DNA of 64,000 bases from Actinomycetota bacterium. GTDB taxonomy: Bacteria > Actinomycetota > Geothermincolia > Geothermincolales > RBG-13-55-18. This document shows positions 1 to 8,414 of this stretch, piece by piece. Position 1 is the first letter of the stretch, and the number at the start of each line of letters is the position of its first letter. A program made the position numbers and the translations under genes. Where the stretch lies: assembly GCA_014360655.1 (NCBI GenBank), contig JACIXC010000001.1, positions 292,715 through 356,714 on the forward strand, read 5' to 3'. A model generated the notes under the pieces. The model was given only the letters and a program-made list of their open reading frames with translations, made no database searches and was not told the origin of the DNA.

Positions 1-52
1 GGCAAGAAGTAGGAAAGCAGCATATCCGAGGCAGGAACGTGCTTTTGTCTTT

Positions 53-72
53 ACCGCCCCTTCGGGGGCGGT
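53..72 (+). terminator. GC-rich hairpin (accgcccc-ttcg-ggggcggt) followed by a T-rich tract; probable intrinsic terminator of a gene lying upstream of the window
   Basis: Perfect 8-bp stem with ttcg tetraloop, followed by agttcttt. Confidence 0.4.
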
Positions 73-162
73 AGTTCTTTCCGCGCTTCCGCGTCGCGCC
101 GCCCGCGACCGCGCCCACCTGCCTCCCCATGGGAACCTCGGCCGTCGCTGCGTTATTCCGTC

Positions 163-191
163 TTGCCTTTTGGGGCGGCGGCTCTCATAAT
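163..191 (+). promoter_or_regulatory. sigma70-like promoter for tRNA-Lys: TTGCCT, 17-bp spacer, CATAAT
   Basis: The -35 hexamer is at 163-168 and the -10 hexamer at 186-191. The tRNA 5' end at 201 lies about 10 nt downstream. Confidence 0.5.
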
Positions 192-200
192 ATATCGCGT

Positions 201-277
<77 letters not shown>

Positions 278-346
278 CCCTTTCAATGGGCGTTTTTCAG
301 CAGGGCGAGCATGCCTGCCGCCTGTGGCGGTTGCGCATCCCTTCTT

Positions 347-2017
347 CTACGCGCCGCCCTTGTAGTGGTCCTTGAACTCCTCGCGCGCCAGCCTCTTGGC
401 GATCTTCCCCACGGAGGTCTTGGGGATCTCGTCCACGAACAGGACATCGTCCGGAAGCTGCCACTTGGCGAACTTGGGGGCTATGAATCCCAGGATGTCC
501 TCCTTGGAGACCTTTCCCTTGTACTCCTCCCGGAGGACCACCAGGGCCAGGGGCCTCTCCTCCCACTCCGGGTGGGGAATGCCTATGACCCCCGCCTCCA
601 GCACGGCCGGGTGGGCCACGATGGCGTTCTCCAGGTCAACGGTGGATATCCATTCGCCCCCGCTCTTCACGAGGTCCTTGAAGCGGTCCACTATCTTTAT
701 GTAGCAATCAGGGTCGATGGTGGCCGCGTCGCCGCTCTTCCAGTACCCGTCCTCGGTGAAGGACTCGGCGCTGCGCGGGTCATTATAGTACGAAGCGGTC
801 ACCCAGGGGCCCCTGATGAGCAGCTCGCCGACGGATTGCCCGTCGCAGGGCAGCTCCTTCCCCTCCTCGTCCACGAGCTTCACGTCGATGCCCACCACGG
901 GGATGCCCTGCCTCCTCTTCATGTCCCACTTCTCTTCCTCGGAAAGGCCTTCCAGGGTGGGCTTGAGGAAGTTTATGGAAACCAGGGGGGTGGTCTCCGT
1001 GGCGCCGTAGGCGTGGATGACGTCCGCCTTCCCCAGCTCCCAGTACTCCTTCATCATGGCCAGGGGCGGCTCGCTGGCCCCGGAGACCATGCGGCATCCC
1101 TTGAGATCCGGCTTGGGGTCCATGGTGCGGATGTACTCCAGCATGGGCATGAAGATGGCCGGCGCCCCACAGGTCACCGTGACCCCCTCGGACAGGAGCA
1201 TGTCGACCAGCACGTTGGCCATCTCCAGGGTATACATCCCGGGGAAGACCAGCTTCGCCCCCACCAGGGGCCCGGTGATGAAGGCTCCCCAGCCCAACAC
1301 GTGGAACATGGGGGTTATCTGCATCATAACGTCGTTCCGGCTCAGGTTCAGGTTGATGGCCACGGCCAGCGTGTGGAGGTAGAGGGCGCGGTGGGACAGG
1401 TAGACGCCCTTGGGCTTGCCGGTGGTCCCGGTGGTATAGCAAGCGGAGCAGGCAGCCTTCTCGTCCACCATGGGCCAGTCCATCTCCGCGTCCGCTCCCT
1501 GCAGCAGCTCCTCGTACGCGTACAGCGGGCTGAGCTGCGTCTGGAAGGAATCCCTGGGGCGGTCGGTGATGAGCATGTAGCCCTCCACCGTCTTGAGCTC
1601 CGGCGCGATGGGCTCGATGAGCGGCACGAGAAGGTCGGAGGTACATACGAGCTTGGCCTCGCTGTGATTGATGACGTAGGCCCGGTCCTCCATGGACACG
1701 CGTGGGTTTATCTGCAGGAGCACCGCTCCCAGGCCGGAGATGGCATAGAACAGCTCCGCAAAGCGGTAGGTGTTGAACTCCAGGACCCCCACCCTGTCGC
1801 CGGGGCCTATGCCCAGGCCTTGCAACGCCTTGGCAAGGCGGCACACCCGCCGGTAGCATTCCCGGTAGTCGTAGCGGAAGACGCTTCCGTCCAGGTTGCG
1901 CGAGGCCACCTCCACCTCGCCGTAGGACCTCGCCGCGTGCCTCAGGATGGTGGGCACGTTGAGCTGGTAATCGTTGTTGGAAGTGGAAGGAAATCCCTGT
2001 ACGATCCGGTATCCCAT
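347..2017 (-). CDS. AMP-dependent acyl-CoA synthetase/ligase (long-chain fatty-acid--CoA ligase family)
   Basis: The 611-aa ORF was trimmed to the ATG at 2017 (MGYRIVQGF...), which is preceded by an AGGAGGTG RBS. It carries AMP-binding motifs (YTTGTTGKPKGV, GYGATE, the SGD...G...I.DR.KD box) and the C-terminal PKTSVGKI motif. Confidence 0.85.
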   Translation of the reverse strand: MGYRIVQGFPSTSNNDYQLNVPTILRHAARSYGEVEVASRNLDGSVFRYDYRECYRRVCRLAKALQGLGIGPGDRVGVLEFNTYRFAELFYAISGLGAVLLQINPRVSMEDRAYVINHSEAKLVCTSDLLVPLIEPIAPELKTVEGYMLITDRPRDSFQTQLSPLYAYEELLQGADAEMDWPMVDEKAACSACYTTGTTGKPKGVYLSHRALYLHTLAVAINLNLSRNDVMMQITPMFHVLGWGAFITGPLVGAKLVFPGMYTLEMANVLVDMLLSEGVTVTCGAPAIFMPMLEYIRTMDPKPDLKGCRMVSGASEPPLAMMKEYWELGKADVIHAYGATETTPLVSINFLKPTLEGLSEEEKWDMKRRQGIPVVGIDVKLVDEEGKELPCDGQSVGELLIRGPWVTASYYNDPRSAESFTEDGYWKSGDAATIDPDCYIKIVDRFKDLVKSGGEWISTVDLENAIVAHPAVLEAGVIGIPHPEWEERPLALVVLREEYKGKVSKEDILGFIAPKFAKWQLPDDVLFVDEIPKTSVGKIAKRLAREEFKDHYKGGA

Positions 2018-2257
2018 GCGCGCACCTCCTTTTTCCTGTGGCCGCATCATGCCGGCCCGCCGACAGCCGGTACCCCCGCCGGAAAGGGTCAAGACCTTTC
2101 GCGAGCGCGCCCATGAAACGGGCGTCGCAGGGCGTCGCAGGCTCCCTTCCCGCAAAAGCTCTTTATGAAAAGATTTTATCATAAGGCGTAACGCGTCACC
2201 CCCGGCGTCGCGCCCACGTGGCCGAGGGGCGCGGCCACAAGGGCTATGCTCCCGCCG

Positions 2258-3349
2258 TCACGCCCCTCCCTGCCCCTGCCGTTCACCCCTGCGTTCCGCC
2301 TTGCCCTTGAGGATGGCCAGGCCCATGTCCACCATGCGCGCGAAGGGCTCTTCCCGGTCCTCCCGCAACACCACGGAGATCGCCTCGCCCGGACAGCTTC
2401 CCGCGCAGAGTCCGCACCCGAGGCACCTCTCCCGGTCGACCACCGCCACCTCCTTTACCCGCACCGCCCCCACCGGGCAACGCTCCACGCACGACCCGCA
2501 GCCGGTGCATTCCTCCACGTCGACCACCGCCTCGAAGAGGGCGTTAAGGAAGAGGCGCTTGTCCATGCCCCTCCTGGTGATGCCCTTCATGGAGGCGCAG
2601 CAGCAGGGGCAGCAGTTGCAGATGTTGGAAAGGTGCCTGGTGTTGGCGCCCGCATGGACCAGCCCGGCCTCGTCCGCCCGCCTCAGGATATCTATGGCCT
2701 CCGCGGCGTCTATCTCCCGCCCGATGCCGTTCTCGATGTAGTACTCCGCGGCCGTCCCGAAGCTGAGGCAGGTCTCCATGGGAAAACCGCAGCCCTTCCC
2801 GGTAAGCGCCGCCTCCTTGCGGCAGATGCATTCCGCCACCGAGATAGCCCGCGCGGACCGCACCTGGTCCAGCAGGTCCAGGAACGGGTACACCGTGAGG
2901 TCGGCCACCACCCTTTCCCCGAGGGGGAGCACCTTGAAGCCGGGGACGCCGCTGGCGCCCATCTCCTCCATGTAGGCCGACTCGTAATACTCGCGGTAGA
3001 GTGCGGCCAGCTCCCCGTCCATCTTTCCCACCGAGTACTCGTAGAGGCCGATCATGAAGGGGGCGGTGTTGTAATAGGCACGGCCTTCCCTGCGCGAGCG
3101 GAACAGCAGCCCCTTGCGCGACATCTCCTCCAGCCTCTTATCCAGGTACGCGGCGTCGAGCCCGGCGCGCGCGGCGATGGCCTCCGCATCCTCCGGAAAG
3201 GGCGTGAGCAACGTGGCCAGCTCCGCCTCCTCCTCCGTGAAAAGCGCTTTCAGGATGCGTATCTCCACCCCGGAGGGGGTGGAAGGAAATCCCAGGGGCA
3301 TGCGGTCCAGGAACTCGCGCAATCTCCGGTAAGCGTCGTCTTTCGCCAC
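2258..3349 (-). CDS. Fe-S protein with a CxCCPCCC cysteine cluster plus two CxxCxxCxxxCP ferredoxin motifs and an N-terminal wHTH-like region (paralog A)
   Basis: 363-aa ORF. Motifs seen are ICNCCPCCC, CTGCGSCVERCP and CLGCGLCAGSCP. It is a paralog of the CDS at 28005..29063 with the same architecture. It lies immediately upstream of, and co-directional with, the acyl-CoA ligase gene. Confidence 0.75.
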   Translation of the reverse strand: MAKDDAYRRLREFLDRMPLGFPSTPSGVEIRILKALFTEEEAELATLLTPFPEDAEAIAARAGLDAAYLDKRLEEMSRKGLLFRSRREGRAYYNTAPFMIGLYEYSVGKMDGELAALYREYYESAYMEEMGASGVPGFKVLPLGERVVADLTVYPFLDLLDQVRSARAISVAECICRKEAALTGKGCGFPMETCLSFGTAAEYYIENGIGREIDAAEAIDILRRADEAGLVHAGANTRHLSNICNCCPCCCASMKGITRRGMDKRLFLNALFEAVVDVEECTGCGSCVERCPVGAVRVKEVAVVDRERCLGCGLCAGSCPGEAISVVLREDREEPFARMVDMGLAILKGKAERRGERQGQGGA

Positions 3350-3375
3350 GTCGGCTCCTTTCCCCGTGAAAGACC

Positions 3376-5514
3376 TCAGAAGAGCTGGACCACCAGGGCG
3401 TACGGTTGTGGGGCCATGGGGACGTTCGCGGCGGCTATCTCCAGCGTGTAGGTTCCCGGTTTCCCGGACACGTCCAGGACCACCCTCTCCACGTTGTTCA
3501 GGGGATCGCGGGAGGTCCTTCCGTTCGGGTAAGAGAACCCTCCCTCGGGATCGATGACCCTGAGGTCGAGGTCGTTCACCAGGTGAAGCCTGGCCTGGGG
3601 AAGGGAGGGGTAATCCGACCAGGCCAGGGTCACCCTGAGTTGGCTTCCAGTTTTTACCTCAACGCGGAAAACGCGCGACTCTCCGCTGCGCATCCCCTCG
3701 CCGTCGTCGATGACCCTTAACCAGGTTTCCCGGTCCGTGGGCGCAGTGAAGTCGCACTTCCCCCATCCCTCCACCGGGTTGGGCGCGCGCGGCACCTCCA
3801 AGCCCGCCTCGCCGTACTGGCCGGGATACAGGTCCAGCGCACCGTTCACCAGGAAGGCCTTCACGAGGGCGGCGGACGGGGGCACGCCCCTCGCCGCCGT
3901 GAGCTCGGACCTCAAGGAGGCCACCCTTCCCGCCACCAGCGCGGCAGCCACGCCGGTGCCGTAGACCACGCACGTGCGGTCGCCGACGGGAAACGCAGCG
4001 GGACGACCCGCGGTTCCCGCCGCGGCGAAGGTGACCACTCCCGTCGCGGCGGCGACCAGGTCCGGCTTTATCCTGCCGTCCGTGGTGGGACCCCGCGAAC
4101 TGAAAGCGGCCATCCCCGGGGTCGATCCTTCCGCCCTGTCTTCCTTCAGGGGAGAGGCGGGGAAGCGCCCCGCAAAGGCGCCTTCCAACTCGCCGTAGGT
4201 GGGGACGCGGTAGCTCCCGGCGCGGCCCGCACCCTCGCAGCCCCCCACCGCAAGCACGTTCTTGGCCGCCGCTCCCCCCAGCAGGCTCCCCCTGTCCACC
4301 ACCCCGTCCCCGTCAGCATCGGTGCCCTCGTTCCCCGCCGGCTCCACTATAGTCATGTCCGCATGGTCCCAGGCAAATGCATCCCTCTGAAAGCCGTAGA
4401 TCCCGTAGGCACAAAGGGATTCCCTGCCCTCAGGCACGCTGCCGTCGAGGAGCGACCTCGCCCCCTCCAGGTATGCCCTCTCCAGCAGCGCGGTCATGGA
4501 GGCCGGCTGCGGCAGGGGGCCGATCCCGTATCCGGTGGCATAGACGGCGAGCTCGACGGGGTTCGGGCGCGCCGTGTCGCCTTCCGAGGACAGCGAGTCG
4601 CCCGCGAGCAGAACTCCCGCCAACGCCGTTCCGTGCCCGCTCACGTCCTCTCCCTCGTCTCCCCGGAAGGAGTAGACGCCGGTCACCCTGCTCCTGAGCG
4701 TCTGCGGCAGGCCGTCCGCGCCCGCGCTCGCCAGGCCGCTATCGGCGAGGGCGACCTTCTCCGGCCGAGTGGAGACGGCAGCGGCGTGATCGGGATGGAG
4801 ATCGCCCGCCGACGCGCCCCGCGGCGAGGCGACCGCGTTCCCGGCCAGGGTACCGCCGGTGTACAACTCCAGCCACTCCACGGCGCGCAGGGCGGCCACC
4901 TCGTCAAGCATGTGCGGCGCCACGCGCATGACCAGGATGCCGCACCACGCGTCCTTCTCCCCCTCCAGGACCTCCACGCCCATGTCGCGCAGCGCCCGCG
5001 CCGTCTCCTCCAGCAACGAACCGTCGTAGAGAAGGGCCGCCACCGTCGCCTCGCGTCCCTGCGAGAGCTGCAATTGCAGGGACGGGGACACCTTGAAATA
5101 GGGCTGGTATATTCCCGTCCAGGAAACGAATGGCAGGCCCTCCACCCCTGCGCGTTGCCGGTTGTCCACGGCCACCAGCAAGGCGTTGTAGGGGATGTAG
5201 CCGCAGACCTTCCCCCCCGCTTCCCGCACCGCCTCCAGCCACGATCCCTCGATGCTCCCCGCGCACTGCACGAGATAGAGACCGGACGACCGGTACCCGT
5301 CGACCCGGAAAGCGGGGGGGATGCGGCCCGCGTCATGGTCCCAGGGATAGATGGCGCCGTTCGTCAGGAGGACGGGGAAACCGGGCGACGGACCGGGCTC
5401 CTGCGCGCGTGCGGCGTCCCCCGAGCCGACCGCGCCGCACGCCGTGAGCAGGACCACCGCGAGGATCACGGCTTTCGCCCGGCGGCAAAGCCTCCCGTTA
5501 CGCGAGCACATCAT
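3376..5514 (-). CDS. Subtilisin-like (S8) peptidase homolog; lipoprotein; catalytic Ser apparently replaced by Gly
   Basis: Trimmed to the start MMCSRNG... The signal and lipobox read LLTACG. The S8 motifs for Asp (LADSGL), His (SGHGTALAG) and Asn (EPAGNEG) are present. At the Ser position the protein reads VVYGTGVAAALVAG instead of GTSMAAP. A FSSRGP motif precedes it. Confidence 0.75.
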   Translation of the reverse strand: MMCSRNGRLCRRAKAVILAVVLLTACGAVGSGDAARAQEPGPSPGFPVLLTNGAIYPWDHDAGRIPPAFRVDGYRSSGLYLVQCAGSIEGSWLEAVREAGGKVCGYIPYNALLVAVDNRQRAGVEGLPFVSWTGIYQPYFKVSPSLQLQLSQGREATVAALLYDGSLLEETARALRDMGVEVLEGEKDAWCGILVMRVAPHMLDEVAALRAVEWLELYTGGTLAGNAVASPRGASAGDLHPDHAAAVSTRPEKVALADSGLASAGADGLPQTLRSRVTGVYSFRGDEGEDVSGHGTALAGVLLAGDSLSSEGDTARPNPVELAVYATGYGIGPLPQPASMTALLERAYLEGARSLLDGSVPEGRESLCAYGIYGFQRDAFAWDHADMTIVEPAGNEGTDADGDGVVDRGSLLGGAAAKNVLAVGGCEGAGRAGSYRVPTYGELEGAFAGRFPASPLKEDRAEGSTPGMAAFSSRGPTTDGRIKPDLVAAATGVVTFAAAGTAGRPAAFPVGDRTCVVYGTGVAAALVAGRVASLRSELTAARGVPPSAALVKAFLVNGALDLYPGQYGEAGLEVPRAPNPVEGWGKCDFTAPTDRETWLRVIDDGEGMRSGESRVFRVEVKTGSQLRVTLAWSDYPSLPQARLHLVNDLDLRVIDPEGGFSYPNGRTSRDPLNNVERVVLDVSGKPGTYTLEIAAANVPMAPQPYALVVQLF

Positions 5515-5679
5515 ATCCACGTCCAAAAGCGATCTGCCGGTAAGGCTCCCAGGGAAGCCTCGTGGCACTGAGCCAGTGGGCCGGTCGAGTTCGCCCTCCG
5601 CCTCCCGCCGTCAGCCCTCCCCAGCTTGCCCTTTGGCCCGCCGGGTCGGCGCGACACCAATCCGCTTCCGCGTATCCAC

Positions 5680-6669
5680 CTAGGGGATGCGCTTCCAGGA
5701 GCGCACTTCCTCCATCATCGCCTCCAGGTTCTTCAGCGGCGCTTCCGGGGGCACATCGCATCCGGTGGAGAAGACGTAGTTCCTTATCGCCTTGGTGTTC
5801 CTGAGCAGCCGCCGCGTCTCCCAGCGCACGTCCTCGGCGGTCCCGCGGTGAACAACCCTCTTGGGGTCCAGGTTGCCCAGCACGACGACGCTCCTGGGAA
5901 GGCGTTCCGCCGCCTGGGCGATGTCCATGCGCGCATCCAGGAGCACGCCGTCTCCGCCGCAGCTGCCAATCTCATCCAGGAGGTGCGTCACGTCGCCGCA
6001 TATGTGCAGCATCCCGCACGCTCCCCCCGACCTTATGATGCCGAAAAGGGCGCTGAGATAAGGGCGGTAAACGGTGCGGAAAACCCTGGTATCGAGGGCT
6101 TCCGCCACCGGGTCCACCACCATGACCACGTGCGCCCGCGAGGCAAGGGCGGCGGCGTACTCCCCCACCACGGAGGTTGCGAAGGCAAGGGCGTCCTTCA
6201 TGTCGCTTCCCTTTCCCATCTCCGCGAGCATATCCGTCGTCCCCGCGAGCTGGGAGAGAAGGGTCAGCGGGCCGGTGACGAAAGCCCCGCACAGGCCCGT
6301 CCCGTCAGCCCGCAGCTCCTCCGCCACCCTGAGAAAGAGCGGCATGCGCGCCGTCCTCTCCGGGTCCGGCGGGTCCAGCTCCATGAACCTTTCAAGGCGC
6401 GGCAGTTCCTGCTGCGCGAGGTTGGGCGGCCTTCTCTCGAAGAACTCCACATCCAGGCCGAGCGCCTCCGCCTCCACGGTCGGGTCCAGGAGCGTGAAGG
6501 TTATGTCGGGCCGCAGGCGTTCCCGCAGGGCGCGCAATGCCTCCAGCTGCACCTCGGCATCGTTTACCGCGCCGCGTACCGACTTTCCCGCCAGCCTCAC
6601 CCCGGGGTATCCCACCAGGGGAGCCGCAAGCCTGCCGCTCTGGCTCACCACCCAGTCATAGAAGTTCAT
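5680..6669 (-). CDS. Uroporphyrinogen decarboxylase (URO-D) family protein, MtaA/CmuA-like methyltransferase type
   Basis: 329-aa ORF with the overall URO-D fold signature. It starts at the ATG at 6669, which is preceded by a GGGAAGGGAAGG RBS. Confidence 0.7.
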   Translation of the reverse strand: MNFYDWVVSQSGRLAAPLVGYPGVRLAGKSVRGAVNDAEVQLEALRALRERLRPDITFTLLDPTVEAEALGLDVEFFERRPPNLAQQELPRLERFMELDPPDPERTARMPLFLRVAEELRADGTGLCGAFVTGPLTLLSQLAGTTDMLAEMGKGSDMKDALAFATSVVGEYAAALASRAHVVMVVDPVAEALDTRVFRTVYRPYLSALFGIIRSGGACGMLHICGDVTHLLDEIGSCGGDGVLLDARMDIAQAAERLPRSVVVLGNLDPKRVVHRGTAEDVRWETRRLLRNTKAIRNYVFSTGCDVPPEAPLKNLEAMMEEVRSWKRIP

Positions 6670-6925
6670 GCCGCCTTCCCTTCCCTGAGCACCGCCGCCC
6701 GCCCGAACGACGCCTTTTCTCCTTCAAGACCGCCTCCCGATATCCCGCGCAATCCCGGGATGCCGCCTTCCTTTCCCCGGGCACCGCCGCCCGCCTGGAA
6801 ACATAATACCCCAATGCTTCCATGCCGACCAAGGAAAGGCGGAAACGCGAGGGGCGGCCGCCGGGGTGCCCCGGCCCGACCTACGCGCCTTCCTTCCCCC
6901 GCGGTGCGCATATATAATGTGACGC

Positions 6926-7267
6926 ATGAAAGTCGTCCATTACAGCGAGGTTCCCGCCGAGGATCCCGGCGGCGAGAGCGCGGGCGTCACCATAAGGTGG
7001 CTCATATCGCGGGAGGACGGCGCTCCCCATTACTACATGCGGGTCTTCGAGGTCTCCCCCGCGGGCTACTCCCCTCTGCACCGCCATCCCTGGGAACACG
7101 AGATCTACATCCTCTCGGGCGAGGGCGAGCTGGTATCGGAAGGGGGTTCCGTGCGGGTGGAGCCGGGGACGGCGATCTTCGTCGAGAGCGAAGAGCTGCA
7201 CCAGTTGAGGAACGTGGGGGAGCGAATCCTGCGCTTCATCTGCACCATACCGTCATCGGGGTCATGA
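6926..7267 (+). CDS. Cupin domain protein
   Basis: 113 aa with conserved cupin motifs (G..H.H...E.YIL.G.G and the second motif G....V..G). It is divergent from the URO-D gene. Confidence 0.7.
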   Translation: MKVVHYSEVPAEDPGGESAGVTIRWLISREDGAPHYYMRVFEVSPAGYSPLHRHPWEHEIYILSGEGELVSEGGSVRVEPGTAIFVESEELHQLRNVGERILRFICTIPSSGS

Positions 7268-7354
7268 CGCCCCGGGTCAACACGCGGGGCCAGGCGCGGG
7301 GTGTTGCCTGAGGCAATGGATGGGGTGCGACCTCGGGTGTCGCCCGGGCGACTC

Positions 7355-8254
7355 TCACGCCCGTTCCCTGGGGAGCAGGTCCTCGCCGTCTATGAGGTGG
7401 ATGACCTCCAGGCAGTTCTTCACCACTTCCTGGTATTTCTGGTGTTCCCTCCTCAGGTAGCCGACGGGGCAGCGCACCGCCCGTATGTTCCTCACCACGA
7501 TGTCCCTGCGATCGTGGATGTGTCCCGATATGGAAACGGTCACCTTGTCGTGGGAGGACAGCACGCCGCCGGTCTCCCGCGATCCCGGGAAGGGGATGCC
7601 CTCCACGGAGAGCTCGTCGAAGGGCGGGTAATGCGTGATCACCACCACCTCCCGCACCGCGGCTTCGCGGCTGAGGCCCTCTATATCCTGGTCAAGGCGG
7701 TAGTTGAACTCGCGCGCCACCTCGAAATCCACCCTCTTGACGGGAGCCCCTCCCTCCGCCACCATGGTCGAGATGTCCGTCCAGCAGGCCCAGCGCATGT
7801 CATTCCAGATGCTGTCGAGCAGGTAATGGTAATCTCTGGGAAAGGCGACCGCCGCGGTCCCCGTGCCGTGGGTGTGATCGTACCATCCTATGCTGCCCGC
7901 GAAACCGACTCCCCTGTACACCTGGGGCTCCATCCAGAGGGGGACGAAGTCGTTGCGGCGACAGACCTCGGGCAGGTAGAAGTAGTATTTCTCGTAGGAG
8001 TCGTGCCCCAGGTTCTGCATCTCCTCTGAAAGGACCCAGATATCCTGGTTGCCGGGGACGAAGAGCTTCGGGCAGCGCAGCGAAGCGAAGCAATCGAGGG
8101 CGTACTCCAGGTCTCCCAGTTCGGGACTCACGTCCCCCGCGATGACGAAGACGTCGGGGTCCACGATCTTGAGTACTTCGGCGAGGTAGGGAACGAGCTC
8201 CCAGTTCCGCTGCGAGATATCCACGTGGAGATCGCTGGTGTACGCTATCCTCAA
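7355..8254 (-). CDS. Metallophosphoesterase (calcineurin-like phosphoesterase)
   Basis: 299 aa with the motifs DLH, GDV (AGDVSPE), GNQD, ISGHIH and GH..D. Confidence 0.75.
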   Translation of the reverse strand: MRIAYTSDLHVDISQRNWELVPYLAEVLKIVDPDVFVIAGDVSPELGDLEYALDCFASLRCPKLFVPGNQDIWVLSEEMQNLGHDSYEKYYFYLPEVCRRNDFVPLWMEPQVYRGVGFAGSIGWYDHTHGTGTAAVAFPRDYHYLLDSIWNDMRWACWTDISTMVAEGGAPVKRVDFEVAREFNYRLDQDIEGLSREAAVREVVVITHYPPFDELSVEGIPFPGSRETGGVLSSHDKVTVSISGHIHDRRDIVVRNIRAVRCPVGYLRREHQKYQEVVKNCLEVIHLIDGEDLLPRERA

Positions 8255-8414
8255 GCTCGGCCTCCCCCTCCGGTCCGCAAGGGTGTATCTCTATTCTAAG
8301 GGATAACCGCGTGATAAATCTTCCGCAAAGGCGAGCCGCCCCTCCGCGTGATATAAAACAGCTGGCCACGCCGGAAACACGGCGTTTCCCTGCTCCGGCG
8401 CCGCCGTCGCCCGC

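Noticed and set aside
311-2116. 601-aa plus-strand ORF and nested ORFs antisense to the acyl-CoA ligase gene
   Set aside because: The products are Pro/Gly/Arg-rich and low-complexity, with no RBS. The opposite strand has canonical AMP-binding motifs.
2258-3349. Assigning the CxCCPCCC proteins to HdrB (CCG-domain) or to a specific named family
   Set aside because: Cysteine spacing does not match the CCG domain (CxnCCGxmCxxC). Without a profile search I can only describe the architecture.
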